28,301 nt of DNA, from positions 10,878-39,178 of the forward strand of contig CAYWVP010000001.1 of NCBI GenBank assembly GCA_964461605.1, given 5' to 3'. Below are positions 1 through 9,077 of the stretch, piece after piece. Numbering within the stretch: position 1 is the first letter of the stretch; each line of letters starts with the position of its first letter. The notes below the pieces were generated by a model. That model saw only the letters and a list, made by a program, of their open reading frames with translations, was not told the origin of the DNA and ran no database searches. This stretch comes from an uncultured Anaerolinea sp. GTDB taxonomy: Bacteria > Chloroflexota > Anaerolineae > Anaerolineales > Anaerolineaceae. Made by a program: the position numbers and the translations under genes.

Positions 1-687
1 TCCAAATTATCAAAAACCCGTAGTATAGAGACTCTTGAAATGTTGATTACCGCCCAGGAAACTGAACGACAACGGCTTTCCAGGCAGATGCACGACGGAC
101 CTGCGCAGGCTCTTTCCAACTTCATCGTTCAAGCGGAAATTGCTGCAAAATTATTTGAGATCGATCCTGGCAAAGCGAAGGAAGAACTTGAAAAATTAAA
201 AGCTTCAGCCATGAGCGCGTTTCACAAGATACGGAATTTTGTGACTGAAATCCGGCCAATGATGTTGGATGACCTTGGATTGATCCCGACGTTGCGGAAA
301 CATATCTCATCGGTAAAAGAAAATACCGGAGTAAATGTCACATTATCCGTTAATGGTAGTGAAAAAAAACTGGAACCATACCTGGAAGTGTTTCTATTTC
401 GCACCGTCCAGGAACTGATTGAAAATGCAATCAAACGCAACCAGGATCAAGCCGAGTTGCAGATCGATACCGCCTTAACGCTGGAAAGTTCGAGAATTCT
501 TGTGTCAGTTACGGACAATGGCAAGGACTACTCGTCGGTGGAATTAATGAACGAAGACGGATTGGGCATTAATTTGATCGAGGAGAGAGTTCAGCTACTC
601 GGCGGGTCGTTCAGAATTCAGACCACTGAATTGGCAAGTGTAGAGATTTTATTAAACATTCCGGTGTTACAAACTCCGGTTGAGTAA
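1..687 (+). CDS. Sensor histidine kinase, DegS/NarX-like (HisKA_3 + HATPase_c); 5'-truncated by the window edge
   Basis: Frame is open from base 1 to the ATG at 40, so the gene begins upstream. H-box ERQRLSRQMHDGPAQALSN resembles DegS. The ATPase domain has ENAIKR, DNGKD and GLGINLIEERVQLLGG. Confidence 0.85.
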   Translation, partial: SKLSKTRSIETLEMLITAQETERQRLSRQMHDGPAQALSNFIVQAEIAAKLFEIDPGKAKEELEKLKASAMSAFHKIRNFVTEIRPMMLDDLGLIPTLRKHISSVKENTGVNVTLSVNGSEKKLEPYLEVFLFRTVQELIENAIKRNQDQAELQIDTALTLESSRILVSVTDNGKDYSSVELMNEDGLGINLIEERVQLLGGSFRIQTTELASVEILLNIPVLQTPVE

Positions 688-711
688 TTCCAAAAACTGC
701 AGGAGAGTACA

Positions 712-1881
712 ATGACAAAGACGATAGGAATATTAACCGGCGGTGGTGATGTACCGGGTCTAAATCCGGCGATTAAATCAGTGGCGATGAGCGCATTTGA
801 TGCCGGTTACAAAATGGTCGGAATTCGCAGGGGATGGAGCGGATTACTGCATTACAACCTGGACGAGCCCTCCACGCATGATTACTACGCCAAACAGCTT
901 ACCAAGGATGACGTGCGCACCGTTGACCGATCCGGTGGAACATTTTTGCATACCTCAAGAACGAATCCTCAACGGGTTAAACCGGATGATATCCCTGACT
1001 TCTTGAAAAACTCCAAGCTCGGTAAAAAAATTGATGCTGACGGCACCACGGACTACACCGACCATGTCTTACGTGTTTTGGAACATCTTGGCATCGACGT
1101 ACTCGTTTCAATCGGTGGCGATGACACGCTGAGCTTTTCTGTGCGGTTGAATAAAGAAGGTTTCCCTGTAGTGGGTATCCCCAAGACAATGGATAACGAT
1201 GTGTTTGGAACCGATTATTGCATCGGTTTTTCGACGGCCGTTACCCGCAGTGTTGACTTCATCACGAATATGCGCACCAGTGTCGGCTCGCATGAGCGGA
1301 TCGGTATTGTTGAATTGTTCGGTCGCAACTCTGGTGAAACCAGCCTTATTTCGGCTTACTTAAGCTATGTTGATCGCGCCATCATTTCTGAGGTACCGTT
1401 CGACATCGAGAAACTTACCAATTTCCTGATGGAGGACAAACGCAACAATCCCTCCAATTATTGCATGATGACCATCTCCGAAGGGGCCATTATGGAAGGC
1501 GGTGACATCGTTGAAACAGGAGAAGCGGATGCTTACGGTCACCGGAAGTTGGGTGGGGTTGGTGAACAGACCGCCGCGCTGGTCAAACAGCTTACCGGCC
1601 AAAATGTTATGTACCAGCAGTTGGGATATCTGATGCGTTCTGGCGCACCGGATTCACTCGACCGCATGGTGGCGATGTCTTTTGGCAACCTGGCTGTGCA
1701 ATTGATAAAACGCGGTGAAACCGGAAAACTTGTCGCGTTACACGGCGGCAAATACACGACCGTACCCATCAACATGGTATTAGCCGGCAAAAAGCGTGTG
1801 GATGTTCCCAGTTTCTATGACATTGATTACTACATACCGAAGATCAGGGATTTCATGGGAATCCCGATGTTCTTGAGCTAA
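712..1881 (+). CDS. pfkA: 6-phosphofructokinase (PfkA family), PPi-type signature
   Basis: N-terminal [12 protein letters not shown], plus [21 protein letters not shown] and LGYLMRSG motifs; AGGAGA RBS upstream. Confidence 0.92.
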   Translation: MTKTIGILTGGGDVPGLNPAIKSVAMSAFDAGYKMVGIRRGWSGLLHYNLDEPSTHDYYAKQLTKDDVRTVDRSGGTFLHTSRTNPQRVKPDDIPDFLKNSKLGKKIDADGTTDYTDHVLRVLEHLGIDVLVSIGGDDTLSFSVRLNKEGFPVVGIPKTMDNDVFGTDYCIGFSTAVTRSVDFITNMRTSVGSHERIGIVELFGRNSGETSLISAYLSYVDRAIISEVPFDIEKLTNFLMEDKRNNPSNYCMMTISEGAIMEGGDIVETGEADAYGHRKLGGVGEQTAALVKQLTGQNVMYQQLGYLMRSGAPDSLDRMVAMSFGNLAVQLIKRGETGKLVALHGGKYTTVPINMVLAGKKRVDVPSFYDIDYYIPKIRDFMGIPMFLS

Positions 1882-1906
1882 AAGCCTGTTCTAACTATCG
1901 GAAAAT

Positions 1907-2413
1907 ATGGGAAAAAATCCGCAAAAGGTACTGAAAGGGCGCTACCTGGTAGTCCCCCGTTCAATTATTCTGTTAATTGACGGTGAACAGGTTCTCTTAC
2001 AAAAGGCTGCCGAAAATAAAAAAATTTTTCCCGGATACTACAACGGTATCGGCGGGCACATTGAAAGATATGAAGATGTGCTGGCCGGCGCAACCAGGGA
2101 GTTGAAAGAAGAAGCAGGGGTAACCTGCGATGATCTGCACCTGGCTGGAACCATCATGATTGATGTGGAAACGGATACTGGTATTCTGTTATTTGTATTT
2201 ACAGGCAGTAAGATAATCGGCGAATTGATCCCTTCAGAAGAAGGTACATTGCACTGGGTGAGAATAGATCAGCTCAAGCAGATAAAAGTTGTTGACGATA
2301 TTCCTGAGTTGATCGCAAGAGTCTTGGATTTCAACGCTAGCGGAAAAATGTTCTTTGGGAAATATGTTTATGATGAAGAGGGAGAACGGACTGCCAGTTG
2401 GGCTGTTTTATAG
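1907..2413 (+). CDS. NUDIX hydrolase
   Basis: Complete Nudix box G-x5-E-x7-RELKEEAGV (GHIERYEDVLAGATRELKEEAGV). Confidence 0.88.
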   Translation: MGKNPQKVLKGRYLVVPRSIILLIDGEQVLLQKAAENKKIFPGYYNGIGGHIERYEDVLAGATRELKEEAGVTCDDLHLAGTIMIDVETDTGILLFVFTGSKIIGELIPSEEGTLHWVRIDQLKQIKVVDDIPELIARVLDFNASGKMFFGKYVYDEEGERTASWAVL

Positions 2414-2974
2414 GTCAGCCCGCCTCTCGTAAAACACCAGTAAAGTAGATCCATATTTACGCTGATCGAATTCAACCAGCGAATTCAGTTCCAATGATTT
2501 GTACTCGATCGGATGGATTTGCACGATCACCCAGCCATCTTCCGAGAGAAGAGAAATATTCTTATCAACGCGGTCAATGGCGTCAAGCCAGATTTCCTTA
2601 TATTGCGGTGGAGCGATAAAAACATAATCAAAACGCTCTTGCTGCAACGATGTAAGAAATTTCAAAGCGTCAGTATGCAAGACCCGTGCTTTCTCCGAAG
2701 TGCGGGTTTTCAGTAAATTGTTTTTGAGTGTGCTGATCGCTTTTGGATTCAGTTCAAGGAAGAGGCAGGATCTGGCACCACGGCTCAAAGCTTCTATACC
2801 CACGCTTCCTGTCCCACCAAAAAGATCCAGAAATGTTGCGTCTACGATATCAGATGATAGGATGTTGAAAAGGGCTTCTTTCACACGGTCTGTGATCGGC
2901 CTGGTGGAATCACCAGGGACTGGATCAAGCCTGATACCGCGTGCGGAACCGCTGATGATGCGTGGATTGCTCAT
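2408..2974 (-). CDS. rsmD: 16S rRNA m2G966 methyltransferase RsmD family
   Basis: PRIISGSARG, TRPITDRVKEALFNIL, LDLFGGTGSVGIEALSRGA and RKYGST; motif IV reads APPQY instead of DPPY. Confidence 0.88.
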   Translation of the reverse strand: MSNPRIISGSARGIRLDPVPGDSTRPITDRVKEALFNILSSDIVDATFLDLFGGTGSVGIEALSRGARSCLFLELNPKAISTLKNNLLKTRTSEKARVLHTDALKFLTSLQQERFDYVFIAPPQYKEIWLDAIDRVDKNISLLSEDGWVIVQIHPIEYKSLELNSLVEFDQRKYGSTLLVFYERRADL

Positions 2975-3957
2975 TGCTCAATGGTTTCCACTGCCTGCCT
3001 GGCAGCCATAATGTTTGAATGCGGGGCGATAATTGGCAGGACGCAACCAGTTCCGAGGATAAAGCGTGAAGTCCTAGAGCTGGATATGGCTTTTAACGAC
3101 TCACTTCGGACATTTTCCGGCGTTCCATAAGCCAGGGTATCCCATTGGCGTAATCCTCCGCAAACGGCACCGTTAAAAGACTCCGCGGCTATTGAGAGCG
3201 AGGGGTAAGTTTCCTGATCGTGCCAGTTGAGTACTGCAATCCCGCGTTTGGGAACAGCTTGAAAGTAAAGATCTTTGCCGTGAAGATGCGCCACGTTGAA
3301 CCATAACTTTGATGAAGCTTTTAGAATCTCATCGTCAAAAGGGTAGACGAACCGGTTTACTTCATCGAGTGTGAGCAGGGATGCCTGCGCGTGTTGAACG
3401 GCAAAAAAGATACCATCAATGCCAAGTTTCATACATTCATTCACGAATGCAATGGTTGATTTCATGATGATCTCTAGTCCGGCGAGCAGCTCATCAGGAT
3501 GCTGACGCATGTGCACGAGGACATTCTCCTTGCCTGCCAGGTTCTTGGCTTGAGACATCGGGTCAAAGATGGTTTGAATGAAAGGCGTGTCGGTTGGCAA
3601 ACCCTTTTTGATCTTTCTGATGCATTCAAGCTGCCGTGACAGGTAGCCTTCGTTCGGAGATAGACTATTCAATATCTTCCAATCTCCGGGAGATTTTATC
3701 GGGTATTGCGTATAGAAACGCGTTCCCTCTGGATTCCCTTTCCATTCATCGCGGACTCCGTGATCCAGGACGCAGAATGATGAGGCAGGGGTGATTTTTA
3801 CAAAATCAAAATCATATGTCTGCTGAAACAACAATATGGAATCCGACAGCCTGCCGGGATCCTGATCATCGACCGGGAAGTGACGCCAAAGTGCAACAGG
3901 CGGACGATCGATTTCTTTACCGGAAAGAACAGCTTCAAGCCTTTGCCGATGATTCAT
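2971..3957 (-). CDS. UroD/MtaA-like TIM-barrel protein (uroporphyrinogen decarboxylase superfamily), function unknown
   Basis: N-terminal [28 protein letters not shown] and FILGTGCVLP are typical of the superfamily; HemE motifs RQAGR, FSDIL and NLGHG are absent. Confidence 0.78.
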   Translation of the reverse strand: MNHRQRLEAVLSGKEIDRPPVALWRHFPVDDQDPGRLSDSILLFQQTYDFDFVKITPASSFCVLDHGVRDEWKGNPEGTRFYTQYPIKSPGDWKILNSLSPNEGYLSRQLECIRKIKKGLPTDTPFIQTIFDPMSQAKNLAGKENVLVHMRQHPDELLAGLEIIMKSTIAFVNECMKLGIDGIFFAVQHAQASLLTLDEVNRFVYPFDDEILKASSKLWFNVAHLHGKDLYFQAVPKRGIAVLNWHDQETYPSLSIAAESFNGAVCGGLRQWDTLAYGTPENVRSESLKAISSSRTSRFILGTGCVLPIIAPHSNIMAARQAVETIEQ

Positions 3958-4426
3958 GATTATCCTCTGCGTTTGTCATGGGCTGCCGGAAAGTCCATTT
4001 ACGATTCACGAAAAAATTCCAAAGTAAAACAACGAAGATGACGATCGCTAAGGCAATGTTGTGCCCGACAATCGTCGGGGTTAAAATGTCGGGGATCCAC
4101 TTGCCGGCCAGGTTGATCAGTGGTTTTTCGATCAACGCAAATAATGGTGTACGGATAGCCAAACCAGCAACACTCACGAGGGCAAATTGGGTCAACTGTT
4201 TTATCATTGGGACCGATCTGGTTTCAGGATAGGTCCAATAGCGATTCCAAATGAAGTTATTGACGACTGCCAGAGAAAATGAGACGACACTTGCCCCGAT
4301 TGCCGGAACCTTGAGAAGTGTAGCTAATAGGTTGAAAACGCTAAAATCAACAACTGACCCAAGGGTTCCAACGATCGCAAACCTGATAAATTTACCACGT
4401 TCCCTGGGGTCGCTGATGATTTTCAT
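3935..4426 (-). CDS. GtrA-family membrane protein
   Basis: [28 protein letters not shown] and [13 protein letters not shown]; about 4 hydrophobic helices. Confidence 0.88.
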   Translation of the reverse strand: MKIISDPRERGKFIRFAIVGTLGSVVDFSVFNLLATLLKVPAIGASVVSFSLAVVNNFIWNRYWTYPETRSVPMIKQLTQFALVSVAGLAIRTPLFALIEKPLINLAGKWIPDILTPTIVGHNIALAIVIFVVLLWNFFVNRKWTFRQPMTNAEDNHESSAKA

Positions 4427-5382
4427 TCGTTATTTTTCTTGGTTTTAAAGTAATCAACGGTAGCAGCCAGTCCATCATGAAGAGATGTCCGGGGCGACCA
4501 GCCCAATATGGTTTTCGCGCGGGTAATGTCAGGTTGACGACGTTGGGGATCATCGCCCAGCCTTTTGTCCAGCTTGAATTCGATCCCGGCTGGATTACCA
4601 GTAAATTCATTGATCACTTTGGCGAATTCCAGTATGGAAATCTCCGCCGGGTTACCAATGTTGACCGGTAAATGTTCATCCGACATCAGAAGTTTATAAA
4701 TACCTTCGATCAAATCATCCACGTAACAGAAACTGCGGGTTTGAGAACCGTCACCATAAATGGTTAAAGGTTCATTCTTAAGGGCTTGTTGAATAAAATT
4801 GGGGACAACACGTCCATCATCTATTCTCATACGAGGGCCATAGGTGTTAAAGATCCGCACAATGCGCGTGTCCAAACCGTGGAAGCGATGATAAGCCATC
4901 GTAAGCGCTTCTGCAAAGCGCTTTGCTTCATCGTAAACAGATCTAAAGCCGATCGGGTCAGCGTGCCCCCAATAGGTCTCTTTTTGGGGATGTTCTAGGG
5001 GATCGCCGTAGATTTCACTTGTGGACGCAAGCAGGAAACGGGCATTATTAGCTTTTGCAACGCCAAGTGTATTGTGCGTGCCAAGCGCGCCGGCTTTCAT
5101 GGTCTGGATCGGAAGGCTGGGATAACTGTAAGGTGAGGCAGGGTTGGGGCTGGCTGGAGAAGCAAAATGTAATACCGCATCAACTTTTGACGGAATAAAT
5201 ATGTACTCTGAAACATCATGTTTGATGAACGAAAACTTTTCACTCGTAGCCAGATGAGCAATGTTTTCAGGGCTGCCCGTTACAAAATTATCCATGCCTA
5301 TTACGGAATGGCCATGATCAATCAGATATTCGCATAGATGTGAACCGAGAAAACCAGCAGCACCAGTGATCAGTACTTTCAT
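4423..5382 (-). CDS. UDP-glucuronate decarboxylase (UDP-xylose synthase)-like extended SDR
   Basis: [52 protein letters not shown] and [10 protein letters not shown]. Start moved to the ATG at 5382 (GGAG RBS); the longer track ORF overlaps the upstream gene. Confidence 0.88.
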   Translation of the reverse strand: MKVLITGAAGFLGSHLCEYLIDHGHSVIGMDNFVTGSPENIAHLATSEKFSFIKHDVSEYIFIPSKVDAVLHFASPASPNPASPYSYPSLPIQTMKAGALGTHNTLGVAKANNARFLLASTSEIYGDPLEHPQKETYWGHADPIGFRSVYDEAKRFAEALTMAYHRFHGLDTRIVRIFNTYGPRMRIDDGRVVPNFIQQALKNEPLTIYGDGSQTRSFCYVDDLIEGIYKLLMSDEHLPVNIGNPAEISILEFAKVINEFTGNPAGIEFKLDKRLGDDPQRRQPDITRAKTILGWSPRTSLHDGLAATVDYFKTKKNNE

Positions 5383-5384
5383 TT

Positions 5385-6950
5385 TTATCTCCAGACAATT
5401 CTTGATATGGAACCATCTCCGGTAACCTGCTTGATGGTTCCGGATGGAATTTCGACCAGCATCATATTTCCTTTTGCGCTGAAGGCCAACCATTGACCCA
5501 TTTCCGTATCTTCAATGGGTGACCAACTGATCAATTGAGGATCCAAACCCTGTAAACCTTCACTCGGGTATAACTTCTTCCGGTTTGAACCATCCCGATC
5601 CATGATATTCAGTGCGTATCGGCTGGTCTCACTTTGATCGGGCAAGATGGCAGAAAGGAACCCGACCAGATAATCCTCCGTATCCGCAGGATTGGACGGA
5701 ATGGGGTAGCAGAACAAGCCGCAACGGGATACCAGAGGGACAACCCTTTTTGAGTCTAACAAAATCGCCGCGAGATCATAATTAGCCGCAGCTTGTTCAC
5801 CATTTTCCATGTTATTGATCACAGTGAACAACACCGAACCTTCTGCTGACCATTGAATACCTGGAACCCATGCCCAGTCAGTTTTTGGCTGATAAGGTGT
5901 GAAATCGATCAAACTCTCCAATTCACCGCTTTTCGTGTCAACAATTCCGATCGAATCTGGTCTGGCGTAAGCCAGCTTGCTCCCATCCGGTGACCATTGG
6001 AAAGTAGAACCCCACCAACCATAAATACCGCCGGAATTGGCGTCGACCAGCACAGTGTCATCGGCTTTCTCGCCGTCGATATCGAAACGATAAATGTGAA
6101 AGTCGTTATTTGCCTGCCAGCCGGGAGCAGTCGCCCGGGGTTCAACCGTTGAGTAAGAAAAGGTACGATTCTTTCCTGGAACCCAATCAGCGTAATGGAC
6201 GACATCACGGATTCCCGTATCGATTAATTTCGGTTCATCTTTAGTAATATCGACGAGCCAAAGGCTATTGATCTTTTCACCGGAAGGGTCTTCAGCTGAT
6301 CGAGAGAATAGAAGCCATTTCCTGTCTAACGAGATAGAGAAAATTCTCCCATCCAGGTCACCGGTTGAAACGATAATCTTCCGGTTACCGGTGTTACCAT
6401 TCATCGTCCATGCATTGGAAGAAGAAATATAAGCGATCACTCCGTCAATCTCAATAGAGGAAAATGGCGATTGCACGCCAATCATCAGGATCTCCGGCTT
6501 TGGGGGTTGGATGATCTCTTCCTTGACGATCGTCCGAGATACTTCCTGACCGTCCTCAAAGAGGATGCGGTAGGTGGATTGCATGCGGCCGTTGACACCT
6601 GGTTGGATAAGCACAGTCTGACCTTCAGAGAGTGATTCGTTCTTGATTGTCTGTTGTTCGAAGGCCAGCACACTTTCAACAATTGAGAATTCTTCGCTCA
6701 CACGTGTGATCACGATCAATTCACCACCGTTTAGAAAAGTGGTTAATGGTGGAGTGATCTTATCAAGTGGTCCGAGTTGAATCTTCTGTTCGCTTAGAAC
6801 CTGGTCCACGGTAACACCCTGATCGGTGCTGACAGAGCTGGAGATGCCTGATTCTGTGAGTGTTACCGAAATTTGCTCTTCTGTGCTGAGGAGAGAGCAT
6901 GCGGTGAGCAGCATAACAAAAATGATGAGAAAAGGGAGGCTCTTCTTCAA
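5385..6950 (-). CDS. Lipoprotein with DUF348-like and G5 domains plus a TolB/PD40-like beta-propeller
   Basis: MKK signal peptide and lipobox LLTAC. G5 segment [25 protein letters not shown]...[15 protein letters not shown]. Propeller-type repeats [19 protein letters not shown] and ISWSP. TTG start. Confidence 0.75.
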   Translation of the reverse strand: MKKSLPFLIIFVMLLTACSLLSTEEQISVTLTESGISSSVSTDQGVTVDQVLSEQKIQLGPLDKITPPLTTFLNGGELIVITRVSEEFSIVESVLAFEQQTIKNESLSEGQTVLIQPGVNGRMQSTYRILFEDGQEVSRTIVKEEIIQPPKPEILMIGVQSPFSSIEIDGVIAYISSSNAWTMNGNTGNRKIIVSTGDLDGRIFSISLDRKWLLFSRSAEDPSGEKINSLWLVDITKDEPKLIDTGIRDVVHYADWVPGKNRTFSYSTVEPRATAPGWQANNDFHIYRFDIDGEKADDTVLVDANSGGIYGWWGSTFQWSPDGSKLAYARPDSIGIVDTKSGELESLIDFTPYQPKTDWAWVPGIQWSAEGSVLFTVINNMENGEQAAANYDLAAILLDSKRVVPLVSRCGLFCYPIPSNPADTEDYLVGFLSAILPDQSETSRYALNIMDRDGSNRKKLYPSEGLQGLDPQLISWSPIEDTEMGQWLAFSAKGNMMLVEIPSGTIKQVTGDGSISRIVWR

Positions 6951-6977
6951 GGACTTATGACCGTAGTAATTTCATCG

Positions 6978-6985
6978 ATTATAAT
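6978..6985. promoter_or_regulatory. Palindromic ATTATAAT giving a TATAAT -10 hexamer on both strands between divergent genes
   Basis: TATAAT at 6980-6985 (+) and 6983-6978 (-) in the 67-bp AT-rich gap; no good -35 seen. Confidence 0.4.
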
Positions 6986-7017
6986 AATGAACATCTTATT
7001 AACTTGGTAATTATAGC

Positions 7018-7584
7018 ATGACAGAAGAAGCACTCGATAAGAAACCTCTTGACGCTTCAGCGAGAATTGAAGCGTTATTATTCGTTGCGACAACTCCGGT
7101 TTCACCTACCCAATTATCGGATTGTCTTGGAATCGGGCAGGCAGAGGTGGAAAAAATTCTCATCGACCTCAGCAAACAGTATGAGGGGCACGGAATTTCC
7201 ATCCAGCACTATAGTGGTAAGTATCAATTTACCACTTCTGCGGATGAGGCTGACGATGTTGAAAAATTTCTCGGGCTGGAATCAACCGCGAGACTGAGCC
7301 GTGCCGCGATTGAAACGATGGCGATCATCGCCTATCGTCAACCAATCACGCGGCCGGCAGTGGAAGCGATCCGGGGAGTCAGCAGCGATGGTGTAATCAG
7401 AAGCCTGTTGTCGCGGGGGTTGATACAGGAAGTGGGTCGAGCCGAAGGACCGGGTAGACCGATTCTGTTTTCAACGACTGTGGATTTTCTGCAGCACTTT
7501 GGTATGAATTCGCTGGCTCAATTACCGCCTTATGAAGATGATCAGGAAATCGAAAAACCGAAGAACGGACTATTAAAGGATTAA
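7018..7584 (+). CDS. scpB: SMC-ScpAB complex subunit ScpB
   Basis: RIEALLFVA, LSRAAIETMAIIAYRQPITR, IRGVSSDG, GRAEGPGRPILFSTT and FLQHFGMNSLAQLP. Confidence 0.95.
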   Translation: MTEEALDKKPLDASARIEALLFVATTPVSPTQLSDCLGIGQAEVEKILIDLSKQYEGHGISIQHYSGKYQFTTSADEADDVEKFLGLESTARLSRAAIETMAIIAYRQPITRPAVEAIRGVSSDGVIRSLLSRGLIQEVGRAEGPGRPILFSTTVDFLQHFGMNSLAQLPPYEDDQEIEKPKNGLLKD

Positions 7585-7587
7585 TCA

Positions 7588-8340
7588 ATGAGTGAAGAGC
7601 GTGTACAAAAGATTCTGGCACAGGCCGGTTATGGATCAAGGCGGTCGTGCGAGGAGTTAATTGAACAGGGGCGTGTGGTTGTTAATGGCAGCAAAGTCGT
7701 TCTCGGGCAAAAAGCCGATGTGAACAGCGATCAGATCCTTGTTGACGGTAAACCCATACCTAAACCGAAAACACTCAGGTACATTGCCATGTACAAACCC
7801 CGTTTTGTTTTGTGCGACAAGACGGTTGAAGATCAGCGCCGATCTGTTTTCGAAATGGTGGAAAATGGAGATGAACTTGCTGTTGTAGGCCGTCTGGATT
7901 ACGAAAGTGAAGGCTTAGTGCTGCTGACAAATGACGGTTTCATGGTCAACCGATTGACGCACCCGCGTTATCAGCACGAAAAAGAATACCGCGTTCTGGT
8001 TTCCACTCATCCGGATGAAAAGCAATTGGAGATATGGCGCAGAGGTGTTGTTCTAGAAGATGGACATCGCACGCGGCCGGCCAAGGTAAAAATTGATGCC
8101 ACTGCTGGAAAAGGAAGCTGGATTAACATCGTCCTCAAAGAAGGTCACAAACGTCAAATTCGCGAGATGGCAAAAATGACAGGCTTATTTATTGTCAAGC
8201 TAATGCGGGTGCGGATTGGTCCGCTGCGGCTGGGCACACTAAAGCCGGGAGAATTTCGCAGTCTGAATCCGGATGAGGTGATAAAACTTAAAGAACAGGT
8301 GAATGAACCTCCTCGAAAATTTAAAACTGGTGCACGATAG
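7588..8340 (+). CDS. rluB: 23S rRNA pseudouridine synthase, RsuA/RluB family
   Basis: S4 domain ERVQKILAQAGYGSRR, catalytic VGRLDYESEGL, HPRYQHEKEY and EGHKRQIR; sits next to scpB. Confidence 0.85.
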   Translation: MSEERVQKILAQAGYGSRRSCEELIEQGRVVVNGSKVVLGQKADVNSDQILVDGKPIPKPKTLRYIAMYKPRFVLCDKTVEDQRRSVFEMVENGDELAVVGRLDYESEGLVLLTNDGFMVNRLTHPRYQHEKEYRVLVSTHPDEKQLEIWRRGVVLEDGHRTRPAKVKIDATAGKGSWINIVLKEGHKRQIREMAKMTGLFIVKLMRVRIGPLRLGTLKPGEFRSLNPDEVIKLKEQVNEPPRKFKTGAR

Positions 8341-8352
8341 ATGTGCACCAGT
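8326..8352. terminator. Probable bidirectional terminator between convergent rluB and the NERD-like gene
   Basis: Perfect 10-bp stem ACTGGTGCAC / GTGCACCAGT with a 7-nt loop containing the rluB stop codon; T-rich flanks on both strands. Confidence 0.6.
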
Positions 8353-8369
8353 AATTTTTGTAAATCTAT

Positions 8370-9065
8370 CTATTGTGATAATTTCTGATCGATTTGCCTG
8401 GCTAGTTCTTCCGGGAAACTGGTTGGTTTTGCCTTCTTACGAATGAAATCCTTGATCTTGCTTCCTTGAACTGCCGAGGTTTCGGATTCTTCTGCAATCA
8501 GATTTAGATTGCTGTTTGTAAATACCATTAATGCCTCCGGCTTGAACGTCCCAAGATCAATTCCAGCCTTTTGAAAAAATTTACTGGCATCATCGAGCAC
8601 AAATTTCGCTTCTTTTTCCGGATTTCCCAGACCTTCTCCGCCGAAAGTTTTTAGAAAAAAGTTGCCGCCGGTCTGTCTCCAGCGGTTTTTATCTGCATCA
8701 TAGCGGATAGTGCCAGCCTGTTGATAGGGTAGAAGGCAGATCACTCCTGCCGGTCCCACCAGCAGGTGAGAGATGGGGGTTATGTAATGGTACAAGGAAT
8801 ACTTGTCGTCCAAACCTTTTAAGACGGCGTTGAGCCGTTCATCAGGACGCGGAGACTTTCCCCATTTGGACATGTAAAAATTGCCAATCTGGAACAGGAG
8901 AAAACCAACGATCAATGCGCCAAAAGTGTAAGCCAGGTAGGACCCATCTTTATCCCTGAATGAAAACACCATCCCAACACCCAGGATTACGATGCTGAGT
9001 AATGAGGTGATGTTACCGATCCTCCGATTTCGTTTGATTAATTTGTCATTCGAGTAGATTTTCAT
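8370..9065 (-). CDS. Membrane protein with two N-terminal TM helices and a NERD-like domain
   Basis: Two hydrophobic helices, then LKGLDDKYSLYH...SHLLVGPAGV, resembling the NERD core; AAGGA RBS. Confidence 0.65.
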   Translation of the reverse strand: MKIYSNDKLIKRNRRIGNITSLLSIVILGVGMVFSFRDKDGSYLAYTFGALIVGFLLFQIGNFYMSKWGKSPRPDERLNAVLKGLDDKYSLYHYITPISHLLVGPAGVICLLPYQQAGTIRYDADKNRWRQTGGNFFLKTFGGEGLGNPEKEAKFVLDDASKFFQKAGIDLGTFKPEALMVFTNSNLNLIAEESETSAVQGSKIKDFIRKKAKPTSFPEELARQIDQKLSQ

Positions 9066-9077
9066 GCATATATCCTT

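Noticed and set aside
2971-3957. Labelling this gene hemE
   Set aside because: The HemE substrate-binding and catalytic motifs are missing and no tetrapyrrole genes are nearby.
5383-5493. N-terminal extensions in the ORF track (SDR to 5493, glpK to 18820, radical SAM to 22143)
   Set aside because: Internal ATGs have properly spaced SDs and coincide with the family N-termini; the extensions overlap other genes or promoters.
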